Notes under the pieces: generated by a model | The model's database searches: none | Told to the model about the DNA's origin: nothing | The model's input: the letters and a program-made list of their open reading frames with translations, nothing else | Shown here: positions 37,431 to 51,318 of the stretch, in pieces | How the letters are laid out: every line of letters begins with the position of its first letter | Numbering within the stretch: the first letter of the stretch is position 1 | DNA from: Selaginella moellendorffii | Taxonomy: Eukaryota; Plantae; Lycopodiophyta | DNA: 64,000 nucleotides | Assembly (NCBI RefSeq): GCF_000143415.4 | Contig: NW_003314286.1 | Span: forward strand, 573,766-637,765 | Reading direction: 5' to 3' | Position numbers and translations under genes: made by a program

Positions 37431-38559
37431 CTGGCAGTGTACTTCAGCTTCTTCAGCTTCCCCTTCTTTGACAGCTCAAAGAACTCCTTTGATGCCTTCA
37501 GGTCGCACACACCATCTGGTCACTCGCATACCTTGCATCACCCACACCCACTGCCATAGTGCCAGTCAGCTCCAGGATTCAAGCATAGCCCAGCTCTTCA
37601 TTTCTGGTGCACTCCCTCACCAGCCCTGCCTGTGGTGCTGCTCATGCACCTCTCGCAAGTGAGTTGATCCTAAAAGGAGCCTGGATTGTGTGCCCAACTA
37701 CCATTCTACTTGCCCCTATTATCCCTGTGAGCACCTCCTCTAGGAGATTACAGATGCACAGACTCTCACGGGAATGCCCACACAACCGTGTCTGAGCAGA
37801 GCAGCCATGGAGCCCTAGGAGTGCATGGTGTAACACCTGTCACCACGCCCTCTTCCCTTCATTTGGACAAAAGAGTTCCAAGCGGTGCTGGCCTTGGAGG
37901 TGGCAGTGGTAATGCCGACTCATGCCTTGAGACATAGGGTTTCTATCATCTTGCTATATAGATTTGGCTTATAAGCATTTGACCCTTCATTTTTTAACTC
38001 TACCACTACCAAAGCAGACCTGGAACTGAAACAATGCTAGAAGAAAGCGCAGACAAATCAATTAAATCTTGACACAAACTGTACCAGGACATGTGTTGAC
38101 ACAGCATCTCAGATTTGGATCGCAAATCAGCAGCAATGGTAGGGGCTCTCTCGCCATTTCATAAACCCTAGAAAAACATTACAAAACAAAACCAATTCGC
38201 TTGATAGACTGCAAGCACAGTCATAGTCAACACATTTACATGCAACATGTGTCGCAGTGCTTTCTTCTCTCGCCCCACGCAGCTTGGCTGCCTCCCATTG
38301 GCCGGGAGAAAACATCAGTGCGATTATTCGCAAACACATGGTTAAAGAAATAATCCCTTTATGATTGGCTGGATCCAGTGGCCTAGAAAGTTCCTTATTG
38401 TGATAGATGAGTACTTGCCTGGCAAATGCTGGGTGGTTTACAAAGAGGTTTAATATAAAACCTCTTTATAAATAGTGTTGATTGTAAAAAGAGAAGGATC
38501 TTGAGGAAGGAGGTGGCCTTGGCGTGTGGTGTTTTGAACTTTAATTCTAATGCCATGTG

Positions 38560-39450
38560 GTGATATGCATCTTGATAAAGCCACATAAAGTTGCCCATGA
38601 GTGAAAACTAGGTGGGGCAAGTAAACTCTAACTCAGTCAAATGTCTATCTTTGGCATTTAGAGATTGTTAAGCAGTAACCTAAATGGATTGAAAATTGTC
38701 TTTTGAACATTTTGAACGGAATTTTTGTATTTGATGGTATTAGTGTGATACGTGGGATAAAAACTCTTGTCCCTTTAAATTGCCCCATCACAATTTCACA
38801 GTCTAAAACATTTGGTAGAGTATTTTTCAGGATGAGACATGTGCCATTGCATAGTCTTGCTAATGGAGACATATTCCTTAGGAGGATAAGAATAGCACAT
38901 TGTTTGAGAGAGAGTTTATGTGGTGGGAACCAGAAGGTGTAATAGAATTTAGGAATTCTATTGGAAAATTTTCAAGATGTTTAGTATCAACAAAATCAAC
39001 ACTTTTGTAGATATATGTATCACTTTGTAATCTAAAGACAATAGTGTTATTGATTGCAAATGTGTCATCATTAAGTGGGATAAATATGACTTGATAGGGT
39101 TTGAAATATCAAGTACTGAAGGGTAGACAAAATCAATAATAGATGAATAAATTAGTTGTGTATGAAGTAATAAAATGGAGTTAGAAGGTAAAGATGGTAA
39201 ATTTTGAAAATTTTCACCATTTCCAACTTTGAGAAGCCATTCAACCTATGATTTATCACTTTCAGCAAGTCATATATTTGTTTTCAAAGATAATTTTCTA
39301 AATAATCTCTATAATTTATTCATTTTTATAAAACTTGAAACAATTTGTGCCCTATGTCCATGTGGAATGACTGGAAGTGTCCATCTAAAGTCTCTGCTAG
39401 TGACAACAATTATGCCACCAAAAGATAATGATGTATTTTTAAGTCTTGCA
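38560..39450 (-). mobile_element. Helitron Pif1-like helicase fragment (pseudogene)
   Basis: DFRWTLPVIP, LCNGT, VFIPRITLIPS..PFKMFKRQF..LTISKCQ and [12 protein letters not shown] motifs, with stops. Confidence 0.9.
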
Positions 39451-39464
39451 ACACTTGATCAACA

Positions 39465-42400
39465 TTCCTCCACACTGCCAAGTCTTCTCACTTCATATGT
39501 CTGTGATCATGCATGGACTCCTCCATGCTTGGCCCCATAAGCCACCCTTTTTGAAGTTAGCACCTTCAACTAGGGTATTTGTTCCCCCAACTTGCCAATC
39601 TCACTTACCAAGTCATCCGACCATCGTAACATAATTCATGCATAAGCGTGGAAGTCCTTAACCATTGACTTTAGTTCAAAGCCCTTTCTTTGAACACTCA
39701 GGAACTACTTCCTCAACCTTGATAGCTTCGCCTCATGGCAAGCTTCAAGACCATGTTTCTGCTGCGCCACTTTGATTTTGCGCGTTCTATGAACCATTTA
39801 CACTTGGCTTTCTAAGTATCAAACTACCTATAATTGTCTTTGGGAACCTTTTGAAGGAACTTTGTCCCTTAGCTTGCTAAGGCCTTTTCTTTCGCAAGCT
39901 TTTTAATAGCCATATGGTCTAACATGGACAATTCCATGCTTTAGACTCTCCATGGCATCACAGTCGTTAGTAATAACATGCTCAAGCACCCACTTGATTC
40001 TTCACTCCCAACTTGCATAACCATCCTTGGTTATGCTTGTCGATTCCTATGGTTTGGTTCCATCTCTTTACTACTTACTTTTGGCCTCACCCATTCCTTC
40101 AGTTATTCTCCTCCAGATTAGAAGAATTTCTTTACACTTTCTACCATGCCTTAGCAAATATTCATAAGGATGAACCTACCTGATAGCCTAGGGAGTGGTT
40201 CCTCAATCTAGATATGCTCACCTTGTAATCCCACACACTGGGATTAACGTTGCTACTTATGGGCCTTTATATGCCCATCATTAGCCTTTGCCAAAATCCC
40301 TTTTTAGTTTTGTCCAATTTGGATAGACAAACTTCTCCCGTCTCCACAACCTTGGACGTTTGGATAGCACCTCCTATCCCTCATTCACTAAAGACTTTGT
40401 CCCTTGGGCTTTATCCATTGCCCTCCCAACACCGAATACCACCTCCTGGTGTTCTAGAGTGCTTGGGTGTCCTAATGATGGCCTCTTTGACAATGAGTAT
40501 TCCCTTTACGACATTGATTTACTATATGGTAACATAAGCAATTTATCCCTCATAAAGGTATATCTAACTTCTTTATCCCAATAAAAAGTCTTAGGTAGTT
40601 ACTTTTTACCAGTTTAACGAATTATTTTGCACCTTTTGCTTAGTTGCCTCATAATTGTCAAGTCCTACAACTCATTGTTAGTGCTTCCACACCTCCATCA
40701 TTATTTGGGTCACTACACTCTAACCGCATGCCTTCCAGCTTAGGCTATGCTATTCCTATTTCCATTGGGATTCCTTTGGAAGGGGTTTTTATAAACCCGC
40801 CAACTTGACCTCAAGGCAGCATGCTTTGGAACATTCGGTGTTTCCACACCATCGGCTCCACGAGCCTACCTCTATAACACTTCTTACTTGTGTTTAGGTT
40901 TTTGCTAAGACCAATATAGTTGCCTCTTATACCAACTATCCATTAGCATTACACTATAGAGTTTACGCACAACTTTGTGTCAAAGTTGTTTTCTTTCGGG
41001 AAACTCTTTTCCACAACTTTAGCATGGCACATTCTGCCACCAATAAGATACCCACTGTTCTCATACTTGGATCTTAAGATCCTCCCCATCCTTCGTGGGG
41101 CACAATACACCTCAATCCAAATGCTTTTTCCAATCCCTTAGGACCATTCTTTGACTCTTCTTGAGTCATCTAGCATTTTTGGACTTTGCTAAACCAATGA
41201 CTTGTAAAGTTCTATTTTTAAGGTGCTAGCTCACTAGAATACAACTTCATGTATTTATGTCTTATTCATAAGGACCATTTTTGCAAATGTTACTTCAACA
41301 CTTTATTATTTTCCATTCTTTGTGGGTTACCGTTACCCCTTAGGACTATCAGTCCCTATGATAAGGATACTGACTCATCCTTTGAGCATACCCCCAACTC
41401 CTTGAGTTTGTTCCAGCATTTATAAAAAGTAGCTCTGCCTACCATTTCAAGGACTCGTGTCTTTATCCGTACTTGACCTCTCACGATCATCAATTCTGGT
41501 CTCAAATTCATAAGCACCAGCCTCAACTATGTGAGGATAATGTTATGACTCCTTTATTCTTTTGGAGTCTCTATCTTTCCCGTGATCCCAACTATAGTTG
41601 TTTACCACAACTACCTTAGCCAGTTTGCTAAGTCAAATGCTCATTTAGATCACACCCTCAACTCTCTAAGGAAAACCTTATATTGTTCCCAAGATCCCGA
41701 AATTGTTCCATTATTGGCCCTTTTCTATCCACCGCCTCACCTACAAGTTCACACATGAATTGTAGTGGAGAGCCATGTCTTCCCGACCTACTACTCCTCA
41801 AGGATAGGCCCACTCCTAGGACCTTTCATTGCTAACACTAACGGTGATATACTTGAGCACTAATAAAAGTCAAACTAAGGAACAACTTCGATACCAAATT
41901 GTAAGTGACTAAATTTTTCCATTTTACTTTAGTCACTTAACCACCTCTCTGACCACTATGAAGAGTCTCACTCACAACCTCCATAAGTCCAATTCAGGAC
42001 TTAGGGCTTGTTAACCCCGAGAATGGTATCCATGCCACTCAACATTTGCACTTAGTTCAAGTGCTCCACGTGTCCGATCCCATGATCGACACCCCAAGGT
42101 ACCACCAACATATCAACCTGTTACGCTAGGCCATGCCCATTCACCTTGGTCATATCAATGGTCCAACACCACCTGCATTGCAATCCCGTCTCTCAAAGAC
42201 TAAGCCATCCATCCATGAGTGGTCATCCCAGATCCACTCCTTAGCATCCTTAAGATGCCCGTAGACATGGAGAATAGCCTTCCCCAATATCTCCATTCCA
42301 GTCCCCACCAAATCCCTTTCTGTCCATGGCTGTGTTCGCCAATGCTGCCACTGAATCAAGGCCCATAGGCCCGACCACTAAGTCCTACTGTCCTCGGGAC

Positions 42401-43487
42401 TTCCTCATTGTGTGACTGTGTCTTTGGTCACCACACTAGAGAGCTATTCCCCTTCCCTTCCACAGTCTGGGACTTTGGGACAACATTTTGAAACACCGTG
42501 GCCCTACGCGGGCCTCATGGGTACTCTCCCCGCCTTCTGCCTTTGGGTGCTCTAGCCATGGACTTAGAGCAAGGTTCTGTTAAACCACGCCAAGTATCCA
42601 AGTATATAGTGCCACCTATGCTTGGACTAGGAGCATCGACTATTTGATCTCTAGGGGGAACTAGAGCTGGCTTTTGAACACTTCACCAAGTTACCCCACT
42701 TGTTAGTCTGTGTTCACTCTAGCCTTGGACTTCCCAGTAGTTATCCCATCACCCAGCACCTAGGCACAGACTTCCTAGACCAAACTGGGCTTTCCTAGCC
42801 NNNNNNNNNNNNNNNNNNNNNNNNNNNNNNNNNNNNNNNNNNNNNNNNNNNNNNNNNNNNNNNNNNNNNNNNNNNNNNNNNNNNNNNNNNNNNNNNNNNN
42901 CCCCCCCCCCCCCCCCCCCGGGGGATGATCGCTTCGGGCTTTCACCCAACTGCCTATATTAGTATTCAGACTCAAACTCAGACTCGGTTTTGGTCTTGGT
43001 CTCGGTCCCAGTTCCATCTTGGACTCCATCTCGAGTCCATCTCAGACTCCATCTCAGGTCCATCTCGGGTCCATCTCAGACTCCATCTCGGGCTCCATCT
43101 CGGGTCCATCTCGGACTCCATCTCAAACTCTATCTCGAACTCCATCTCGGGTCCATTTCGGGTCCATCTCGGATCCATCTCGGACTCCATCTTGAGTCCA
43201 TCTCAGACTCCATCTCGGGTCCATCTCGGACTCCTTCTCGAACTCCATCTCGAACACTTCCACGTGTTGTGTGTTGGTCCTCTTGTGTCTTTTTTCTAGA
43301 GACTTAGTTATTGCTTGCTCCATACTTGTTCCTTGAGCACCTCATTGGGAGTTCCAATCCCGCTCTTAACCTTCCAAGTCGAAGCTTTTAGTCTAAACAT
43401 GTTACGCTTGTTTGGCTTTCACTTCGGCCACTACCACTTGGCACCCTTCCGGCTCCACTTTGGGGCCTAAGGATTTTGTGTCTCACA
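39465..43487 (-). mobile_element. Family B LTR retrotransposon, copy 2 (3' truncated)
   Basis: Colinear with 28935-32984; PBS at ~41886-41896; LTR 41900-43487 with N gap 42801-42900. Confidence 0.85.
43013..43255. repeat. Shorter, more degenerate copy of the 11/12-bp minisatellite
   Basis: TCCATCTCG core, about 20 units. Confidence 0.9.
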
Positions 43488-46400
43488 AACATTAGGTTGC
43501 ATCTCCAGCTAATAAAAAAACCTACACAACTTCTTTATCACACGACGATGTCCCATATACCCACCTAAAATAAAAGAATCATGGTAGGTATGGAGAAAGT
43601 ATAGAATAAAGATTGAAGGTAGCCGTAAATGATCATTAAGATCTGTCCCCAGAAAATAAAGAAGACCATCCTTAAGGCAATATTGAAAATATTAATATCA
43701 AAATGGTAAATCATCAGCAAGTTATGTAGAATTCTCAAACCTATTGCGAAGCCTTCGAATCCATAGCTCAATCGTTTAAACCTCACAAATCTCGTCAAGA
43801 CAAAGTAAATCCCTTGTGGACATTAAATGTCAAGTATAACAACCGACGAGGGCATCAACATCAGCCATAAAACTCCTCAAGCGATGAACAACCACAAAAT
43901 TATATATCTGAAGCTTCAAATCTTATTGAGCCGTACAACTAACCAAGTTTTTTCGTTTCAATAATGAAGTAACTGCAACATGATCACCTTCTAATGATGT
44001 CTGAGAACCATGTAGATATGTATGAAGTTTCTCGAAACCCCAAACTGCTGCTAAACACTCCTTATCTGTCGTGAAGTAGTTCATCTTTGTTGGTTGTAAT
44101 ATACGGCTGATATATGCAATTGGATGGTACTAACTAAACACACTCAGGCTCTTTTGCATCAACACACTTCCAAGACTAATATCGGAAGCATCCACGCATA
44201 AAATGAAAAGTTGAGTGTAGTCAGGATATGCCAAAACCAAAGGAGTCAGCAACAGTTATTTGAGATTTGTAAATGCCCACTCATAGTCCAAAGACCAGAT
44301 GAAAAATGATGTTGATGACTTCAGTAATACTCACAATGATGCAGTGCGATAAAAAAGATGATCAACAAAACAACCGAAATACTCCACTTTGCCTAAGAAG
44401 TGTTACACATCATTTACACATTTTGGAGTAGAGAACTCTAGAACAACCACAAGTTTGTCAAAATTAACTTGCAAACCCTCATGAGAAATATAGTACCCAA
44501 GATAAGTCGTGTCCTTGGACCCAAACACACACTCCAACCACTTCAACTTTAAACTAACTTCCTATAGCCAATCCCACATCTTACGAACATCATGGACTTG
44601 TTCTTCCCATTTTCCTTTCAAATGGATTAAAACATCATCGATGAAGTCAGTAGTCATCTCCAGCATATCACAAAAAACCTCATCCATAATTCGTTGGGAA
44701 GTTGCTAGAGTATTGTTCAAACCAAATGGCATCACTAAAAACTCGTACAAACCAAACGATGTACAAAAAATAGTCTTAAAAATATTTTCTTCAGCCATCA
44801 GGACTTGCCAATACCCATAAGCAAGATCTAACTTGGTGAATTAGCAACTTCTCTCTAGATGATCCAAGAGATCAACAGTATGAGGAAGAGGGTACATATC
44901 CAAAATCGTTGATGTAACGGATAATAATTGATGTAAAAATAAATACTCCCATCGGGATTTGTTACAAGATAAGGTTCACATGCCCACGACTTTTAAATAA
45001 CTCCTTTTTCCAACATCTCCTTGACATTGGTATGTAAAATCTTGATCTCTTTGGGTGACCGACGACAAACAAGAACCTTGATTGGACAAACATCCCTAAT
45101 TGGAATCAGATGATATGTAACAATCTTGGCTCTAAATGATAGGTTAAATTCAAAGAGATTAGTATACTCCTTCATGAGCCAGTCAACCACTGCAACACAA
45201 AAACTGTCAGAGGGATTAAAAAAGGGAAGAGCAGAATAAGACAAAAATATAGGAAGAAGTAATGGGGAAATAAAAGTAATGGAAACAAAGGTAAAAGCAA
45301 AAAGATGAAGTGGTATAGAAGTAAAAGGAATAGATGAAATATAAAGAAGTATAAAACAAGAGGGAGAAGCCTCAAAGTCATATTTGGCATGATTACACTG
45401 TAACTAATCTATACTAAGGATCATGTCAAAAGCTTGACTCGACACCACCTGCAATGATTGCAACTCAAACTCAAGATTGCCTACACACACAACCAGGTCT
45501 ACCTCATCCCACTCATATGCATATGTGCGGCCATTGCAATAAAGAATGAAAACTAACTCTGCCGTACGATGTAAATATAAATGGCAATATGTGGCAACAG
45601 GTCGAATAATAGAAGATAAACTTGAAACTGTATCAACTAATATGGAGAGAATAATAAAAGACCTTTTGTTGTAAAAACAAGCTTGAGAAGTAAACACTGA
45701 ATTAATTAGTGCCAAGTGAACTCCCAAAAGAAATATGAAGGGGTCATTAACTTATTCGTGCAAAGTTCCTCCACGATTTGCATGACTCCTCATTTTCTGG
45801 ATGCATCTCAATATCCAAACCTTCCATTGTAACAGCACCAACAGGACGTTGTTGATGCTAAAATCTCCAACCAAGAAATGGAGGTTGCCAATCTGAAAAA
45901 CGCTAATAACACCAATAAGTGTGAATAACTTTATTACATGCTTAACAACAAACATCACGGCCACAACTATATCCTCACCCTTGTTTTTGAACTTGGGCAA
46001 CAACAATATCAATCTCCATTAGAACAAAACCATCTCCCACAGGAAGTGGAGCTAAAAGACATGTAGTGAGAAGTGGAAGAGATGACATCTTATAACATTT
46101 TGCTATACGAAGGGCATCATCAAGGGTGGCTGGAACAAGTGCATATACAAGGCTTACAAGATCTTGATGAAATGCTGGCCACAACATACCTAGTTTGATG
46201 TGCTCTAACATATTTGGCTCCGCACGAAGTAAAAGGCTTTAGAAATGAATGCTAAACTGCATCACTAATTTAGATAGCCCTTGACGAAGATGATACAATT
46301 GTTGGAAGGCATTACACAATCGTCATCATGTCCAAATGCACATTTAAAAACATCCAAGAGAATACTCCTATCCTCACAAGTGCCTGTGCTCAAACAATTG

Positions 46401-47096
46401 TACCACTGCAATGCTGTCCTTTGGAGACACATGGGAAACTCATGCAAACAACAAGCATCATCCCAAGAATGATATGTGGCAATCATCATAAAGTGATCGA
46501 ACTAATGGTACATATCATCCCCAAGATTCCTATAAAAGAACTCCAGTCAAATGCGAGGATTGTTAGGAAGAGCAAAAGGAGCTATACCATACGTTATGAA
46601 TGCTACCATCAACTAAATTTGATTGTTCAATTGCAATTGCATAGCATTGAGCAATTGCACTAATTGGTGCTTTAGAGTCAAAGGAGGAGGAGACTACTAC
46701 TCTACTATGAAAATGAATGAAAAGAAAAAAACAAAAGAAAAAAAAAAAAAAAACTAGAAGGAAAGGGAAATCTAGACAATGCAAAAGCTAAATTGAAACA
46801 AAAAACAAAAGAAAAGAAATGGAAAAACTAAAAGAAAAAGGAAATCTAGATAATGCAAAAGTTAAATCTAAACCAAAAATCCCAAATCCAAATACTCTTT
46901 AGGGATAATTAAAGTTGCCTCTCACCTCCTCATGTGAGTGTATGGAATATGGAAAGAAAATATAGAAAATGTGCATATCAATTAACCAAAAAACCTTAGT
47001 TTATATATAAGAGCAAGTGGTTTAAATTGAAACCAATTCAATGGCTACTAAAATTCCACTATACTAATATTAGTATGCAGCATTATAATTGTACAC
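43488..47096 (-). mobile_element. Family C Ty3/Gypsy, second degenerate copy
   Basis: Colinear with 14130-14977 plus 20744-23625; RT (FLVMPFGLNN..DFIDDVLIH), protease LVDTVSS, gag remnants, LTR from 46933. Confidence 0.88.
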
Positions 47097-47529
47097 ATTT
47101 TTATTTTTTATTTATTTTATATATATTTTAATATATTTTTAAATCATTTTAAATTTTTCTATTTTATAATTATATAGTGATATGCAAAGCCAATTTATGA
47201 ATGTAGATTCATTTCTTAGATGATCAAGATTTCTAGATACCAGTAGTAACTTTTTATACTCATAATTAATTAATATGTTTTTAAAATTATTGATATATTT
47301 TTTATCACACATTATCTTTTGATCTCTTGATGATAATAATTAATAATAATTTTATATATATAAATAGTTATTTATATTAAATATTTTTTTTAAAAAAAAT
47401 AAATTGTAATAATAATATTAACTATTTAAAAACTATGAAGTCTAGGTAATTATGCATTAAATTACATTGTCTTTATATTTTGATAAACTCTTTTATTTAA
47501 CTTTAATTTAACTGAGATGAAATATATAA

Positions 47530-47629
47530 NNNNNNNNNNNNNNNNNNNNNNNNNNNNNNNNNNNNNNNNNNNNNNNNNNNNNNNNNNNNNNNNNNNNNNN
47601 NNNNNNNNNNNNNNNNNNNNNNNNNNNNN
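47530..47629. other. Assembly gap in very AT-rich low-complexity DNA
   Basis: 100 N. Confidence 1.
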
Positions 47630-48540
47630 ATTATATATAATATATGTTTTTAAATCCTAAATCAGAAACAAAAAAATCCAAAAAAAGTATGAATTCCCTT
47701 TAGCATAAAACCATAAAAATTCTGGAAAGATAATCTAATCTCTCATATTTCTAATGGTTCACTCAACCAAAAAAGACCATATGTTCCCATTGATGTTAGA
47801 AAGGATTAAGGTCCATTCAAGTATTGTTCCAAGTTTAGTCATTTCTCTTGCACGACACAATCAAAACTCTTGAAGGTTGAGTGAAATGCAACTGGAAAAA
47901 TCAATGCCCAAAGTTGCCTTTGGTAGCTTTATACATGAAGTAGTGACGTCACCACACTGTTTTGAAGGATTCTTACGCTTTTGTTTTTCTTCTGTAGATT
48001 AGTTGTTTTCGAGAAATTTTTTATAGGATTATTGTTGTGATAATTAATTTCAGCTTAGCGCATAGGAAAGTTTGAAACTTCTTATATGATTGTATCACGC
48101 CCGTCAAGAGCCGGGCCCTTGAAACAGTGTTGGTGAGAGTTGAAAATCCAATGCTCTTAATTACTAATAGTTCTAACTAAATTCGTTTTCTGTGTACAAG
48201 GAGCTCGTCTACTTAAGGAGAAAGAAGCCAAAGCATATTTGTACCAAGAGGAAGCTGCACTAGAACAAGCAGAAGCTTCACGCATACCCTGGGCCTAGTT
48301 GGCTACAAAACATTAAGAAGGTAAACAGTCACAATCTGGACTTCGGTTCTTTGAAAAACAAGCTCTTGCAAAGTACGATCTTCAAACAGGACTCTCTTTT
48401 CTTTTCTCTACAAACGGCTTCACAAAGATCAACTCATAGGCAAGTTGGACGTCCCTGGTGCTCCTCACGGTTCCACACCCATCATCTTTGCCATTTATCG
48501 ACAAACTTGAAAAGAAATTCTGTTAAAACGAAGAGGCACT

Positions 48541-50091
48541 CTATTCGTCTTCTTCGTGTGACAGGCGCCTCCTCTTTGAAGGCTCTTGTGGAAAAGGCTC
48601 AACGTGATGAATTCCTCCGAGACAAGCCATGGCAACCATTTGCAGCATGCTTTCAAGCATCACGGCCCTGTGTATGTTCGCCCCCCCTCGAACGCCCTGC
48701 TTCAAGCTCTGCGCCATCCGAATGCCAGCGGCTTTGAGAATGTCATACTGCGTGTACCTCAGCACCACGTCTCCTATAGCAATGCGAAGCAGGCCCTCAT
48801 AAAACTTTTTGGCCCCGGACGAAAAGAAGCCACCGTCGACTTCATTAGTCGGAAGCGGGTACCACTGCGCCAACAAGCAGATCATGAGCCGTGTCAAGTA
48901 AAGCCTCCTCACCTCTGGAGCAATGTACAAGTCTCCGACGATGAACGGCTGCTTCGAGTATTTTGCACTCTCCCGGTAGTTTTCACGCAGAAACTTGGTC
49001 CCAAGAGCAAACATCTTGTCAATGACAGACTTTGAAGTCGGAGTCCGTCCTGATGGTCGAGTAGTCTCCACAAAATCTGTAACCAAAAGACGCGGGTAAG
49101 AATTCGGAACATGAAAAGCGAAAAAAAGAAAAAACACAATGAAACCTGAATACGCTTTGTCCGAGACTTTGTTACCACCTGCCAATATTTGACCTTCAGC
49201 TTTCAGAATTGCATATGTGAACTTGTGCTTGGAGAGGGCCAATAAGTACACTGCATGAAAAGAAAAAGATGAATGAAAACATTAAAAAAGAACTTACTTG
49301 GCTTGTAGTGTCTGTTCGACAAGTTCCGCCTGATTTCAGGGCGAGCACAAGCTACAGCCTGGGCAATTGCTTCCCACGTCTCGTTGGGCTTGAACTCGCT
49401 GATTAAGGCACATCGCTGTGCCGACAGGCGAAGCCGTTCCACCTCACACTCTGTTCGCTTGCGAGGCCCTTCATTGAACACGAACGCTCTCCCGTCGGTC
49501 CGTCCAGTATCTGCGACATCGTAAGGACCCTAAGGAGGTGCGAGATGAAAACCTTTTGGACTTTCGCCCGAGCTTGAGCTGTCGCTCCCCGATGCGTTAC
49601 TGTCCTCGTTCAAGATGGCTTCAACTTCCTCCAAGGCATTGTTCGCTCCGGAAAGGACAATGACAAAGCCCTTCTGATCCAGTTCATCTTCATCACCATC
49701 TGCAACGGACTCTAGAAAAGAGGAATTGTACTCTGCATCAGTTGGCGTGGTGAATCTTTCAACCTGACGAATCAATTCCAAATGCCTGGGTCGGAAGTTG
49801 AGCTCTGTAACGGCCTCGCTGTACGATCTGCAAGGGTCTAGGTAACCTTGCGAGCAGGGATGAAAGAACTCACCTCTCGAAATCTGCCATGGATGTGCTG
49901 ATCAGGTGAAGGCAGGCATCGAGCGCATCCGGGTTCATCTTCCCGCCCTTGAACCTATCGAAGGCGAGCTGAGAAACAGCCGGCTGGTGGCGGTGGATAT
50001 TCAGGAACGGCTCCACAGCCTGGAGCACCCCAAAGTTGAACTCGCTCGGCGGAAAACGAAAGGGATCGGTCACGCCCCACACATGCGCCAT
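48541..50091 (-). CDS. Four-exon orphan gene with GNAT-like motifs; one in-frame TAG (possible pseudogene)
   Basis: Exons 50091-49874, 49827-49298, 49250-49146, 49076-48541. GT..AG introns of 46, 47 and 69 bp preserve the frame. TAG at 49530-49532; C-terminal PSKRRR. Confidence 0.7.
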
Positions 50092-50300
50092 CTTCAATTT
50101 CTTAGGGTTTGTGTGAGAGACAAACTATAAAACAAACTAACATTAAGTAGACATGAAAAGTTAGCAAACTATACAAAACACCTTCTTACCAAATGCTTGT
50201 CGATTCTTCATCACTATTATATAACTTGCAGTTTCCAGCATTTTACGGATAAATTCTTTCTGGGTAACTTGGGCTTGAAAGGATAAGATATTCTTTGTCA

Positions 50301-51210
50301 CTAATTACTGAAGATTGCGATAGAACAAATGTTGGCGAGCAGGATATAGGGACGCGTCAAGAACAAACTCAGCAGCTCTCGCGGATCTAGCGTGATCGTT
50401 TGGGAGCCAACACGCGCCAAGGACGCCAATGAATTGGGGATGAACTCCTCGGCCTCCTCCAGCCTTTCGGATCGCGCCAGAAGATCGACGATGCACTCAT
50501 AGTGATCCCTTCCCGGATCGATGCCATAATCCACCACCATGGACTGGAAGTGCTCGCATCCCTCCTCCAGCCGTCCGCCGTGGCTACTGCTCGCGATCAT
50601 GGCCCCGAAAGTGATCTCCCTTGACGCCCTGCTGCTGCACACCGCCTCGCCGGAGAGCCCCTTGGATTCGACATAGCCCGATATCATTGCGTTCCAGGAG
50701 GCTGCACCATGCAATCAAACACGCGCAGGGGATCTCCACTCGTGGCAATTGCCGAGATCGTCGTCGTCCAAGTGATCACAGCCATCTCGTCGAAGATCTT
50801 CCAGGCTTCTTGGATTTCTCCATTCACGGCATTTGCTTGGAGCATCGCGTTCCGGGCCACGGCGTCTTTGAGCGGCATATTCCAGAAGAGGTGGCGCGCC
50901 TCTGCCAGCCGTCTGATCATCTGGGAGTAGAACGTGATCATGACCGTCACCGTGGGGCATTACGTTCCGGAATGCGGTCGAGCAGCATGGCCGCCCTCTG
51001 CAGATGCCCGTTTTGGGCAAATGCCAATGCCATGATGTTCCAGGGGAAAAGATACCTCTGGGTATGGTGGGCGAAGCATTCGTTGGCCTCCTGGACGTTG
51101 CCGCACTTGCCGTACATGTCGATGACGAGATTTTGGAGGAAAGTGCTGGAGTGCAGAAGATCGTCATGCATGAGTCGCTGGTGGATCCAGCGTCCTTGGG
51201 AAACATTCCT
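50301..51210 (-). pseudogene. PLS-class PPR(-E) pseudogene
   Basis: TFLQNLVIDMYGKCGNVQEA, WNIMALAFAQNGHL, GRLEEGCEHFQSMVVDYGIDPGRDHYECIVDLLAR, PYILLANI; multiple frameshifts. Confidence 0.9.
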
Positions 51211-51318
51211 GGTGCCAGCGACGTTCTTTTCGGCCCTTAACGGGCAGGCACGCGCCAGTTAAGTTGATTGCGAGATTAATTATTGCCAAGCCCACATGGC
51301 CTAAACAGTTCTTCAAAA

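Noticed and set aside
37440-37510. Minus-strand LKASKEFFELSKKGKLKK, reminiscent of a 2-oxoglutarate dioxygenase N-terminus
   Set aside because: Too short, with no supporting flanking motifs.
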